Shown: piece by piece, positions 14,750-28,479 of the stretch
How the letters are laid out: every line of letters begins with the position of its first letter
Position numbering within the stretch: position 1 is the stretch's first letter
Source of the DNA: Octopus sinensis
Taxonomy: Eukaryota
Direction of reading: 5' to 3'
DNA length: 64,000 nt
Assembly: GCF_006345805.1 (NCBI RefSeq)
Contig: NC_043005.1
Location: 59,582,001 to 59,646,000 of the forward strand
Program-made: the position numbers and the translations under genes
Notes under the pieces: generated by a model
Seen by the model: the letters and a program-made list of their open reading frames with translations, nothing else
What the model was told of the DNA's origin: nothing
Databases searched by the model: none

Positions 14750-16000
14750 ATAAGGCGTTCAACTTAATTGATAGCAGTTGTGTCAGAGACTTAACTGACT
14801 TCGGAAAGGATATCGTATCCTATGCAGGCAAAGTCGTCATAAATTAAGACTCTTTACGGATTAACTGAATATCCAAAGTATATTTAACGTAAGCATGATA
14901 GATAACCACTGGATAAAAATTAGCAAGCTTATATTTATCTTACAATAAATTTTTAACGATACGTTCTTTAATATTAAAGGTAAGCTCTATCAAAATGGAT
15001 GTTTTCTGCTTTTGTATAAGTGCAGCTACCATACACCTCGTAAAAAAAAACTATATCTTTTTACAAGAAATTTAGATTCATGGTTATTATTATTTTTTTT
15101 GTTTTGTTTTGTATATCATTTTAGTTTCCACCAAGTTCCTATTTTTATCCCTTCGTGAGCCAAACGAATTACTCTGCATTTATCCTGGATTAATTTTCAC
15201 CACCTACTAACGGCGGCTTCACATCTATATGCATAAATATTGTAAAACACTAAGAATATCATTAATAATTTATTCAAGATAATTTTCCTTAGATTATTTC
15301 ATCTCTCTGGAAATAAGGATATTGTAATGAAGGCTATTGCTTGAAGTAAAGCTCTTCCTATAAGTGGCTTAAACATTTCTTCAAATACATGTCACGTACA
15401 GAACCACAATCTGAAAGAAATTCAAAGTATTACTTGGTATAACATCCCCACATCCCCTTCAAAACTAAATGTTTTACCAAATCACAGTTGTTATAAATTA
15501 ATTATGAAGAACTTATCTAAAACTTTCCTATACATCTACATTTAAATTTGCCAACATCTTGACCTCATTCCTTAAATCCGCCTAACAATTTTAACTAACC
15601 CTACAATATTGTAATTCATCCAAATAGATGCATTTTGGAATTTAGTTGCTTTCTTTTCCTATAGTTTACCAATGTACCATACTAATAAATAAGTCTCCGC
15701 GCACACTCACCGATTTCATCGCTGTTCCTCGTAAAATACGCTTCAAGAATCATGCTCCTATTTTTAGGAAGCCTTACAAAAGCAATGTAACTTTTCACGT
15801 TTCATTCGAAAACTAAAAAAAAAAACTGATACATTTTAACCAGTATTAACACATCGGATTGAGAAGACTGTGAAATATTTACACTTCCGGGAACTTATCA
15901 ATCATCTATGCCAAAGTCATTCAGACTTCTTAAAAGGAGTGAAGCAATATCTTTTAGCAGAAACAGAAGTTTCAAGAATTATATTCGTTAGAAACCAAAT
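14750..16000 (+). mobile_element. Highly decayed Penelope-like element (tentative)
   Basis: Scattered motifs in PLE order: IVSY..LFT (~14815-60), FNDTFFNIKGKLYQNG (~14955-15000) and VYQCT..RTL (~15665). No continuous ORF. Confidence 0.3.
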
Positions 16001-16446
16001 TTCTTTCGTTACACGTAAAGTTTCTTTATACGCATAGCTATTTCAATTGTGTATTTTTAATTACAATTGTTTTGAACTCAACGTACACCTTGACATTCTA
16101 CCTTAAATCTGCTCAATTTGCTCGTTTAGAGCCCTTAGTGATAATAGTTATTTGCAATTTACTATTTCTATGTACATTTACAATTAATATTTAACCATAG
16201 CATTAACTTTAGAATTACGTTGCCACACAGGCTGTATTTTTTCCTTGAAATACATTTATGCACATTAACTAATTTGTGCTGCAGTTCAAGCTCCTACAAA
16301 CATTCCTTCTATTTAGCTTTTATAATCCTATTTTAAACACCTATTTAGAAATACTATTCACAATTTCCCCAAACTGATAATGCTTTATTTGTTGTGTCCT
16401 GCATGTATATGACGTTTCCTTTTGTCTCATAGATTCCGTTTTACTA

Positions 16447-16860
16447 TTGGCGCAAGGCCTGCAATTTTGAGCGAGGGAGGAAACTCAGAGTCTAACTGGT
16501 ACTTATTTTACCGGCCACGAAAAGGTGAAGGACAAATTCGATCTCGGCGGAATTTGAACATATAAGGTAACGTCGGACAAAATGCCGCTAAGAATTTTGC
16601 CAAGCGTGCTAAGGGTTCTACTAGTTCGCCGTCTCACATTCGTCTAATATGACGGCTCGAAATTTTGCAACACGGCCAGTCATTCGAGAGAGGAGGGTAA
16701 GACGATTACATCAAACCCAATGGTCAGCTGGTATTTATTTTATAGGCTTCAAAAGGATGGAAGGCAAAGTCGACCTCGGGTGAATTTGAACGCAGAATGT
16801 GGAGACGGACGGAATGACGCAAAGCATTTTGCCTGGCGCGATAATCATTCTACCAGCGCA
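16447..16860 (-). mobile_element. Two adjacent degenerate family B SINEs
   Basis: Two reverse matches, ~16447-16634 and ~16655-16860, each with the CTCGG.GAATTTGAAC core. Confidence 0.7.
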
Positions 16861-18515
16861 CTGCATTCTTTTGTCTCATACATTAAAAATTCACTCTAAC
16901 AAAGTTTTAAAATTTTTATGAAGGATGTGCTTACAATTAACTACTTCTCTATGCTACTTCTACTTACTGAAACTGAACTATGTTAAAATCTACTATTCTT
17001 CTATAGTCACTTTCTAAACTAGCTCATAATTCTCCTCTTTGCTCCACCTATTAACGGCGGCTTCCCTTTTATCGCGCATTAAGTGTTTTTCCTTTTATCA
17101 TATATATTAAATATAATATTGTAACTAAAAAAACATTTTCTTTTTCTATGTAAAGACTACAACTACAATGAACATTAAGTTTATCAACGATATAGCTCTC
17201 ATGTTTTGAATATCTTCGTAGTTTCTACAATTCATTAATGATGCAACCAACGTTCATTCAATCTATTGATAGAACACTTCTGATTGTCAAATTCACTAAA
17301 GTTTTACATTTACTACTGATTCTTTATTGCATATTTCCTGAACACTAAATATCTATGACACTAATCCAGCATGGTTCCATTTAAATAATATTTAAATTAG
17401 TTTACAGATTCTAGCAATCGTTATCAACTTGTCTTTATTTCTTAGACATTTAATGAAACATCTACTATAAGCACATGTAAACATTAATATATTTTTCTAA
17501 ATTTTTCTTAAATCTTTTTATATCTTGTACTTTCCGGATCATAGTTTGCTTCCATGATAGCTGAAGGCGATGTTATACCAATGAACACTTTGTATTTCTT
17601 TTGAAATGTGGAGCTCTTGTGACAAGTAATAAATTATTAAACCACTTCTAGGAAGAGCTTTATTTTCTTTAGTTTCATTTCTTTAATATATAAATGTTAC
17701 TTTTAATTTTATATTTGGTAAAAGCATTTATATTCTAAGAGGTTGTGAATGTTACATAAGATATATGATCTGATTTGGGAATTTTGTGTAAAGTATGCCT
17801 CGCTTTTTAATGAGATTGTTCAATGATGTTTAAGCTAAGACAAGGAAATATGGAATATGGTACTTTGAGTGAGTTTCTCCTGAAAATTTAGTGGTGTTTG
17901 AATATAACTAGGAGGCGTTTTGCTTTAAGTATAAAAGAGATTTGGTTACTGGTATCGTTAGAGAGGAATAAAGGGAGATTGATGTAAGATTGACATATGG
18001 TTTAATGTTGCTGTTGCTATCCGTTTATGTGCAATGCATATAGATTTTAAAACCCGTTGGTTTTAAAACGTTCGTGCATGTATTAGCATTTCAGTTCTAA
18101 AAAACTTCATTGTGGGGCGTCGGGAGGCTACAAAATAGATATATTTATTTATTGCAGGGTTTTGCTTGGGTTTCTCTCAGAGTAATAATGGGTGTAATTT
18201 GTTAAGTATGAATAGTGCAATCAGGTCACTTGCTCCAGCTAAGTTCACTGTGTGTATGTTAAGAGCGAAGAGATACGGGCATTTATACAACATGTCATTG
18301 TTGTAGGAAAGAAAGATTTTCTGGGAGTTGAAGTTCATAAAGTATTATTTCAGGATTTCAGGCTTAAGAATAACAAGATGAACTGCTTCTTATCAGCAAA
18401 GATACTTATATAATCAGAAATAAACTGAATTTATCCTACCAGGTGCGACGAAAAGAACCACTCACTTATGACGATGAATCAGTGGAACTGAAGAGTGTCG
18501 GGGAGAATGCTTTGT

Positions 18516-19131
18516 GGTATTGCCCCTTTTCAATGCAGCGTAGCCAGCCAGTAGGTGTCGCTTCCGACAATCTCTGTTCGATGGTTTTATTTACCTAGTT
18601 TCGGTGGAATACATCCACTTGTTTTCAATAATAGAAATATTAAAATAACTAAGTCTCTCTAAAAGAGAACAGCGGCAGCGTTCCCGGAAAATAATAGTTA
18701 TCGCCATACTAATTTGGCATTCTTATAAAAATAAGAAAAAAGCTGTCCGCTTATTAGCTCCATGAGGCCATCGCCTTAAGTTAGCTATTTGATACACAAA
18801 CTGTATCCATATAACCTTCGAACAAGGGAGGTAAATACTGGCTGGCTACGCTGCATTGAAAAGGGGCAATACCCCAAAACGCGTCTGTAGCTGCCGGTCA
18901 AGTAGTGTGGAGCGACTGACCTCCCTTGTTCGAAGGTTATATGGATACAGTTTGTGTATCAAATAGCTAACTTAAGGCGATGGCCTCATGGAGCTAATAA
19001 GCGGACAGCTTTTTTCTTATTTTTTTCTTATTTTTATAAGAATGCCATATTAGTATGGCGATAACTATTATTTTCCGGGAACGCTGCCGCTGTTCTCTTT
19101 TAGAGAGACTTAGTTATTTTAATATTTCTAT

Positions 19132-19133
<2 letters not shown>
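18516..19133. mobile_element. Inverted PLE-type terminal structure with nested inverted repeats
   Basis: Arms 18629-18832 and 18919-19133 are near-perfect. A second perfect 38-bp pair lies at 18516-18553 and 18836-18873. Hammerhead-like motifs at 18850 (+) and ~18585-18630 (-); ends in (TA)n. Confidence 0.75.
18850..18891 (+). ncRNA. Variant hammerhead motif (U3-A8 core; G12 position is A in this copy)
   Basis: GCUGCA-UUGAAAA-GGGG(CAAUA)CCCC-AAAA-CGCG-UC-UGUAGC. All three helices pair and helix III is palindromic (ACGCGU). Confidence 0.55.
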
Positions 19134-19207
<74 letters not shown>

Positions 19208-19219
19208 AGATAGATAGAG

Positions 19220-19281
<62 letters not shown>
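19134..19281. repeat. Compound (TA)n(GA)n(GATA)n microsatellite
   Basis: Direct reading. Confidence 0.95.
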
Positions 19282-19300
<19 letters not shown>

Positions 19301-20539
19301 TGTTTCTTTATTAGCCGCACAGGGCTGCAAACAGACAGAACAAATTACAAGGTAGAGCTTTTCTTTTGGGGGTAAAAAAAGGGGGTTGGTTTTCGATCAA
19401 AAGGGATCGTAAAAAAAAAGAAAGAGGACAAAAAAGGGGAGGATTTAAAAAAATGGGGAGGAGAGGAAAAAAAAAAGAAAAGGGGAGAGGAAAAAAAAAT
19501 TGATCAATAGGGATCGTAATCACAGAAATGTCAATATGAAGTGTAAAGGGGAGGACAGGTGAGGTTTACCCGTGGAAAGAAAAGCCTACGGAAAAGACCA
19601 CGGTAACCTCGGTCAATGAAGTCACATGTTATATTTCTTTTTTTTTTTGCAAATAAGCAACTCTCTGTATTAATTTTTACGGTTCATAGAATCATAGTCA
19701 AGGTGGCTTCGTCATTCATACCTGTCATCCTTGCTACATTCACCCATCTTTTTTTTTAAACATTCACTAGACAAAACTTGCCTCTCTACTCTCATTTTCC
19801 TCTTCAAGTGATAGATAGATAGATAGATAGATACACACACGCAAGTACATATGTATGTGTTTGTGTGTGTGTATAAAGAGAGGAAGGGAGAATGAGGGAG
19901 AGCGAGATTAGTGTCTATATGGTCTGTATTGTTTATATTGACTGAAACTATCCAATGCCCCATGCAGTGTAGAACAATACGTTGCGAGTTTAATATCGTT
20001 TCATGTTTCAACGAACAGCTCTGACCGCATTCAGTGAGCAAAGTCGGTAACAGAATATAAACGGCTGGAGCTAAAATAAACTAACGATTCCATCTTTTGG
20101 AATACATGCCCTATATCAGCAGTTTAGCCTAATATTTCAATCAATAAATGTTTATGTCCAAACTGCTGGATTTTTCCTCCTCCTCGGAGAATTTTAATAT
20201 ACTTTGTTGTGTTGTTGCTTGCTCTTGTTTATGATTTAATTTTTTTTTTATTGTTCTAGTCGTAAATGTTGTGGTTTATTTATTGCAGTTCAGATTTTAT
20301 AGCAAAGTGTATACCGATTGTTTTAAGAAACTATTGTTGGTGATATTATTGTTAGTTTTGTTGAGGACCGGATTCCTTTTGACTGAGCAGACGTATTATC
20401 AAAGCCATACCAGCTAATAGATATGTCTGTCCTTCCTCCTCGTCTCATCAAGAACTAAGTTATCCAATGTTGTCCGCCGTTTCTAAGAGAGTGAGATATT
20501 ATTTGAGAGCGACATAGACGTTATTTCATCTTCTTCTAC

Positions 20540-20556
20540 TATTACAACAACAACTA

Positions 20557-20597
<41 letters not shown>

Positions 20598-20660
20598 ACT
20601 ACTACTGCTGCTGCTGCTGCCACTGCTGCTGCTGCTGCTACTGCTGCTGCTGCTGCTACA
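20540..20660. repeat. (CTA)/(CTG) trinucleotide repeat
   Basis: Direct reading. Confidence 0.9.
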
Positions 20661-21443
20661 GAGTATTAATACTGCTATAGAGTATTAATAGTATAAGGAT
20701 AATTGGTGATTATGATATTGATGATTTCATAATATACATAAAAATCATTGCAAACAAGTATATAGTATTTCACATCCAATCAATCATCTATTCTCCCTAT
20801 AGGACTTTCTTCGCTAATTATGTCCAATTTAATTCACACGTATGATTCGCCATCTGTCTCTCGATGTATCAAAGAGAAAACCCCCGAGACGAGTTACTGA
20901 ACTTACAAAGGTTACTAAATGGCTATCGAGCCAGTGTTGTAGGTTTCACAAACTTCTGCTGTATAATCTATACCGATAGTCTAGGTTGTATTGCAGGTGC
21001 TTACAACATAAATAAATACTGTATGTACTGGAGTGAACAGAACATCTTGTGTTTCACACATAAGTATGAATCTGTTGTAAATATCCAAAATGTCCTAAAT
21101 TTACAATAAGCTGTTGAAAAAAGGAAAGAAACATATGTATATAGCTTATATTTCATCATCATCTGCAACAAAGTTTCCTGAATTTATTTGTCTACTATTT
21201 ATCGTTTTATTGTAACTTCTAGTATTAGATTTATGCAAAATATTTTTTTCATAATTTTAAAGTCAATTTTAAAGTTGATTTCAAAAGTCACTTACATTAT
21301 CGTTAATTCTGAAAAAAAAGTTCATAAATATCGATAATTATGATTCTTTCCTGCCAATTGTGTATATATTAACGAGTTTATTATTGCATATTATTGTATT
21401 CATGCACTAAAAGTTTCACAATTATAACTATATAAGTACGTAC

Positions 21444-21507
<64 letters not shown>

Positions 21508-21577
21508 ATGTATATGTATATATGTATGTATGTATATATATTAATATACAAAATGTAAGTATATTATACTCGGTCAC

Positions 21578-21830
21578 TATATTGACGACTATATCGGTGC
21601 GACCTCACTATCCCGCGAACATTTAGACTCCTTCCTCTCTTTTGTCAAATCTTTCCATCCCCTATTCCCAATTCCTCCGTCTACGCATGCTCTGTGGTGA
21701 CGACGATGAGTTTGAGACTCAGTCTCAACTCAGGGCTCGCCACTTCATCTTACGTGGATATCCCCTCACAACTATCTACACCGACCTTGCCAGAGCAGGT
21801 TCCGTAGACCGTGCATCTGTTTTTGTCTAC
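21578..21830 (+). mobile_element. Penelope-like RT fragment with internal deletion
   Basis: YIDDYIGATSLSREHLDSFLSFVKSFHP joined directly to IPYSQFLRLRMLCGDDDEFETQSQLRARHFILRGYP. Confidence 0.85.
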
Positions 21831-23013
21831 ACCAACTGTCTTCGTCTTTTCTTTTGTGAATTCTGCACCTACATAAAATAAATACTGGCTGCAATAAGTG
21901 GAATACGTCCAGTTACAACATATTCGTATTTGACCATTCCAGTACCAGTTCTTATTTCAGACCTGTACATGTTGTATTAATCTCTGTTTAATGAATGATT
22001 AAGGTATAGTTTGGTGCAAAATGGAAGCTACTAATGCAAAGGCTTACGGTGGTATATGATCATACTCATACACATATACACTAACATAAATCAACATATA
22101 GAACATTTAATCAAGATTGCATTACAGAACTTCTACGCACAGACACTAACTCACTCACAACGAAACGCAAACAGATTCACACACATACATGCAGACACAT
22201 ACACTCACCATTGTTCTGAAATGATACATGATAATTATGAATAAAATGTCTTCCAATAAAGCGAATAACTGTGCAAAGAGCGGAACGTTGCCAGAAAAAA
22301 TTCATAAATTTCTGTATTAACGTTTTTCCATTTCCATTGCGATATATAAAAAAAATTTTTTAAATTATAACTGACTTTTGAAAACGAGTCTAAAAGTGAG
22401 TTTTGTAATTGAAAAACAAAAAACATGTCCATAAACTAATAAATAAGGTAAGTTTTAGACATGATAAATGCAAGGAATATTATGATAATCTCGAGTATAT
22501 ACAAGCTCTAAGGAATCATATATTTACTTAATACTTTTATTTCTTTTACGCCTCACTCTGAATTTAGTATATCTACTCTGCAATAAATTGTTCTTTGTTA
22601 ACGCAGCACAATATAGAAAATGCAACTTCATTATAAGTAGATCGAATGTTGACCTAAATATGCGAAAGTAGGTGAAACATTCGGCATTGTATGTAGAACA
22701 TTTACGATTGCCATAAATTCTTGTGCCTTTTCTTTTCTGGTCATAAAGAATATGCTTGGTGACAAAGTGACAAAACTCTTCGCAACGTGTGGAAGACACA
22801 TTTCGTGAACAGGTTTGCATGAAGAAGAGAAAAGTGATGTAGTATTCCTTGAAAGTGATGTAGTATTTCTTCTGTTTTTTAAACATATTTATTTATGACA
22901 GCGGCATTATTAATACAGAGAGGTAATATTTATCTCAACGTAAATGTGGCTCTTCTGTTAGAACAAACTATTCTGTAGTAGTTGCTATGAGATCAACTCT
23001 CATTGTCTTTTGA

Positions 23014-23067
<54 letters not shown>

Positions 23068-23096
23068 TATATATATTTTTATTTTATATTATTATT

Positions 23097-23981
23097 AATA
23101 TTAGAAAATTCTTCAGAAAGATATATAAATATGTAAAATAATTGTTGTTAAAAATATAAATATACATAAATATATGTAAAAATTTATAAGTATAAATATA
23201 TAATGTATATGACAGTTTAAAAGTTTTGAATTAAATTTTAGACCATCTTACGATCGTTTCAGAGAGTGCTGTCCATATAATGAAATCGTATATTGATAAG
23301 CATTTATAGACAACTCTTCTGCTCTTCAGAGATATTAAAATTTAAATTCTGTATAATATATCGAATGGTAGTTTTTATAAATATGAAGTAATACTATAAA
23401 ATGGTTTTTGGTTGAAATATGAATTAGAAATTAAAAATTTAAGATTACTGCTTTTGATTTTGGTAGATACACTTTAGTATGAGAGTCTTTAAATCCATAT
23501 ATGGATTCATATATGCATTTAAATCCATATATGTAATAATCCATAACAGTTATGTGTAAAATACAATATATTGTGCTGTATTCCAAATATAGTTCATGGA
23601 CTTAGATAATATAGAAAAATGGAACCTTATATTGATAAGCATTTGTAGATAACTCTTCTGCTCTTCAGTAATATCAAAATTGAAATTTGTATAATTTGAC
23701 GAATAGTAGTTTTTAAAAAAGTTATGAAGTCATATGGGAAAATGGTGTTTGTTAGAAATATAAATTAAAAATTAAAAGTACACTCTTACAGCATTAAAGC
23801 ATTAAATAAATTATTTACCATCGTAAGATGCCCCAAAACCCTAATTCAAAACTTTTTAAACTGTCATTTACATTATATATTTATACTCATACATTTTTAC
23901 ATATATTCATATATATTTATATTTTTAACTACACAATTTTTTTACATACGTATATATATTTCTGAAGAATTTTCTAATATT
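23097..23981. mobile_element. Non-autonomous foldback/MITE-like element
   Basis: ~160-bp inverted repeats (23097-23254 and 23820-23981) enclose a ~145-bp direct repeat pair (~23290-23437 and ~23630-23777). No coding capacity. Confidence 0.65.
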
Positions 23982-24230
23982 GATTTCCTGATATATATTA
24001 TAATATAACATAAACTATTTATTGATAATAATATATTATAAAATATATATTAATGATAATATATCATAAAATATATATTAAAAATAATATATTATAAAAT
24101 ATATATAATTGCTAGTATTAAATATATAAATACTTTAATAGTATTAATACTTTGATACAATAGAGCACTCAATATAAATTCAGTTTATAATATTCTCATT
24201 GAATATATTTAACTAAAGATATATATATAT

Positions 24231-24314
<84 letters not shown>

Positions 24315-25330
24315 AATTCGAGTGAAAAACAGAGAGAGGGAAAGAGAGAGGGAGAGACAGAGACAGAAGAAAATATATTAATAACTTTTTTCCGAACTTT
24401 CCTGTTTTGCTGGATGTCAGATGAAATATGCCCATCTACTATACAATTATCACATTCTTAACGGTTTTACCTGAACCTGCGTCGTAGTCACTTTTAATTC
24501 TATGCCAAATTCCCTCCTGCCATGGCTATTACATTGAAGTTAAGATATATTAGTGTTTATTGATATGTGAAGAAGATGCAAGCATTAAAAAAAGACAATC
24601 CAGGAAGAACAAATTTTTACAGAAGAATGTCATTTGTTTAATGCTTTAATGCTGAAAGAGTGTATCGTATTCATTTGGATTTTAATTTTGGATCAGAGAA
24701 AGATAAAGAATAGCAGAGGGATAGAATGGGAAAGAGAAAGAGGGAGATTCAGAGAGAGTGAGAAATAACCAGCGTATAAAATTGGGAATAAGGATATGGA
24801 TATAGGAAAAAGGCGAAAGATTAGGAGCCAAGTAAGAATTCTGTTCTATGTGGGAGTAAATACGTAAGTAGATGGAGTATGCCATGCACATAACGGAGAG
24901 TATATCTCTCTGCAAGCAAGAACGTGGGGTATGCTTTGTGCGCTAGTTTAATGCATGTATGTGTACATGTATATGAAAGTGTGAAAGTATCAACACGATA
25001 GTTTGTGGGGTGGTGGTATCAGTGTGTATAATCTTTAGGTAGATTGAGTGAATGAATGTCTTGAGGTGAGAGTGTGGTTGGCTGTGTGATGAAGCATACG
25101 ATATGGCAAAAGATAGGTAGAAAGTGTTATTGATATTTGTGCAAGAGTATAACACACGTCATATGTGTAAATCTGCATGTATATGTATATATATACACTC
25201 CCAAGCACACACACACGCACTCACACACGCACACACACATATATGTATGTATAATGGGAGAGAGAGAATATACATACAGATGCAGGCACTTTTGTATATA
25301 TAGATATGTGTGTAATGAGATAATTCATAA

Positions 25331-25380
<50 letters not shown>

Positions 25381-25384
25381 TAAT

Positions 25385-25876
25385 ATCATGTACATTGTTT
25401 TGTCTTGGTATAAAAGATGGGCTACAGCAAATATTCTGCTCAATACCACAGATTTGCTTGTCAGTTGTTTGACCTTAACCAGTTGAGTATGTCCCTTAGT
25501 GGCTGTCGATATGTGCATCTCTGATCACGAGCAGAAGTAGTGGTGGAGCATCATAGCCATGTGTTGAGGGGGATTCTTTGGGGTTTGAATAGTTCACCTC
25601 TGGAAACATGGGTGGTTCTTTCAACATCCTTAAACAACCCTTATTCAGGGACCGTTTGAGCATTATGGGCTACTCAACCTGAAGAAAATTCTAACTGGGC
25701 CCCACCTGCAAGGTCATGTGCTGTTTATCTTGATATGAGATCACCATGTCGCGCACATATGGTTGTGATGCATGTGCCTGGTGTACCTTTATCAGACGGG
25801 TAGTCATGATGGGTATATTGGGCTTCGTATATTTTACCCCAGTGTCACTTTGATGGCATGAACTGCTCTCTCACTC

Positions 25877-25909
<33 letters not shown>
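25385..25909 (+). mobile_element. Interspersed retro-repeat family E with (AAT)n tail
   Basis: Homologous to 30272-30566 (+), 48035-48290 (-) and 27505-27590 (-). Ends CTCTCTCACTC(AAT)n and is preceded by another (AAT)n run. Confidence 0.8.
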
Positions 25910-25910
<1 letters not shown>

Positions 25911-26280
25911 TCATAGGTGCCCTGGGAATGATAGCGAAAGGGGCTGATTGCTACCTAACTCAGATACGAGGAAACCCCAAAATGGCAGAAATTCAAAAGA
26001 TAGTGCCCATGGGAACTGCTCATATCCTACGCAAAATACTCTCTATGTAATCCCAAGGTTTAAAACAAACTTTTTTTCTTTTTTTTTAAATTTATGTATT
26101 AGACATTCACTAGTACAACAACAAAAAACCCCAAATATATGGCACACTAGGCATAACAACAACGTGAACTTCCAACCTGTTATCTCTTGAGGTCTCTGGG
26201 TGAGACTTGGAGCCAACTTGTACAGACGTAAAGCAAAAGTCAAACATAGAATAATAATACTAATAAAAATAAAAATAATA
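25910..26280 (+). mobile_element. R4/Dong-type non-LTR retrotransposon 3' end, family 1
   Basis: VIGALGMIAKGADCYLTQIRGNPKMAEIQKIVPMGTAHILRKILSM* (stop 26048-50), then 3'UTR and AAT-rich tail. Matches the R4-clade C-terminal motif IxGALG...QK..L.GT.HILR. Confidence 0.8.
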
Positions 26281-26606
26281 CTATGCTTTCTAATTGTTGT
26301 ATCAATACTAGCAAATGACAATATACAAAGACCTGGAAATAGAGGTAACTCGAATGTGGAATCCCAAAATAGGTATGATAAAAAATATTCAGACAAATAC
26401 ATAACAAAAACACCATGACTTACAAATATATATAACATACAGAAAATTGCACTACTGGGCACTGCAAACAACCTACGCAAAACACTCTCAATACAGTAAC
26501 CATAAGATCATCATAGCAAACCACAGCACATGCCCTAGGCACACAGAGCTGCGCTCGGTAAGGAAGTGAAAGCACGCTATGAAAAAAAAAACTACTGAAT
26601 AATATA

Positions 26607-26656
<50 letters not shown>

Positions 26657-26657
26657 G

Positions 26658-26712
<55 letters not shown>

Positions 26713-26726
26713 TAATAATAATAATA
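26281..26726 (+). mobile_element. R4/Dong-type non-LTR retrotransposon 3' end, family 2
   Basis: CFLIVVSILAND...YKDLEIEVTRMWN...GMIKKYSDKYITKTP.LTNIYNIQKIALLGTANNLRKTLSIQ* (frameshifted; stop 26497-99), then long (AAT)n. Confidence 0.8.
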
Positions 26727-27810
26727 AAAACACTACATTTATCTTTTGGCTTCTGCCAGTTTAAACATTCAGTGAAAAAATGACAGAAATCATGTTTTGT
26801 ATGTTAATCCTCAACAATAATTTGTAGTTATCAGTATGCGAATACTAATTTAATATCAAGCGGGCACCCGACCCGCAACGGATCAGTTTTCTTCTTTGTT
26901 TTAAAGTTTTGAGCCCACAGTTGGTTAATACCAGGTCGTATTAAAATACTTATCCAGGAATTAATAGGTAACAGATATATGGATATGTGTATGTAATGTA
27001 TATATGTATCTAAATACATGGATGTGCAATTTTGTATCGATTTCTGTATGTAGATATGAACATATGTATGTAGGTCAATGCATTCATAAATGTCAACATA
27101 TATATGTCGAGTACAAGAGTAGATTTGTTTTTATCACTCTAATTCTCAGCGTCTCACGAATTAGAGTTCTTTTGTGGACCATTTAAAACCTACTCCTAAT
27201 TTCTAGTTAAACGTGACTAAACAAATATGTAGAAGAGAACATTTTGTATATCAAAATATACTATGCATGAATATGCCTCCCATAACTTCGTGAATGGTGC
27301 AAGCGTTACAGTGAAATGTGGCCTCTCTTGGACTTCTAACTGTTACTATACATTACAACTCAGGAACAAGAGAATGCTTCGAAATACATATAAACGACAG
27401 ATACAGCGAATAAATTCAAGCCCCAATATACAATCGGAAACATCCATTTGTTTCATTTCTCTAGAAGATATTATTATTATTATTATTATTAATATTATTA
27501 TTATTATTGAGTGAGAGAGCAGTGCATGCCATCAAAGTGACACTGGGGAAAATATACGAAGCCCATTATACACATCATGACTTAATGTTCTTTCTTATAC
27601 TTTCGAGGTGTCGATGATATAAGTACCAATTCTAGCACTCAATATTGGTCTTGAGCCTAAATCCTGAGTTTCGGAGTCTTTAAAATAAAATACTAATCAA
27701 GTACCGAGGTCGATAATATCGACTAATCCATCCCCTCAAAATTGCCATAATTTGAAACAATCACCATCATCGTCGTCATCGTCGTCGTCATCATCATCAT
27801 CATCATCGTG

Positions 27811-27847
<37 letters not shown>

Positions 27848-28479
27848 CTTCATTAGTTTCGCAGCAATGCGGGTTGAAATGCTATTTTCTAGTAATATTT
27901 GACTAGGAACAAAAAATTCTGCTCATAATTTATTACTTTTCCTCTAGATAAGTCTAAAGAAAAAGAAAGATCAATTTTCTTCTTTGCTTAATTTTTTTTT
28001 GCAGAAAATATGAAAAATGAAACTGAAAGGAAATCGATTCTAATTTTATTTTAGTTTTATTTATTTACGTTTTGATTTCTCATAGAAAATGTTTTAAAAA
28101 CTTACTCTTTTCTATTTCCTCTATTCGGAAAACGAAATAAAAAGTCAACAACAAAAAGCGACAAAGAATTATGCATGTGTGTGTGTTTGAGTATGTATGT
28201 GTATGTGTGTGTATATTTTTTTTATTTGTCAAATGAAAAATATTTCAGTGAATATTAAAATAATTATATAGTGAACACATAGGATAGGTAGATGTAATAA
28301 GGCACTGTTGTGAAACTTTTCGTTCAGAATCAACAGTATTTTGAATTATTGCTGGAGTCTAGTTGCAAGGTAGAGAGCAGAAATTACGTACCCTCTCTCT
28401 CTTTCCCACCCATATACAAACACAAATACATATTCGCTGTGTGTGTATATATATACGTCTAAATATCTTCCTACTAGAT

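Noticed and set aside
16880-18450. Further decayed Penelope-like pieces; short matches to 14460 and 15205
   Set aside because: Only vague motif similarity; boundaries cannot be set by eye.
20803-21065. Candidate small exons near good acceptor-like sites
   Set aside because: Stops in most frames and no recognisable peptide linking them to the 29285 exon.
22650-22795. TM7-like peptide TFTIAINSCAFSFLVIKNM
   Set aside because: No credible acceptor, and there is an in-frame stop just upstream; likely chance.
25330-26726. CRISPR-like repeat/spacer alternation
   Set aside because: The repeats are (AAT)n retroelement tails in eukaryotic DNA; there are no fixed-length repeats or spacers and no cas genes.
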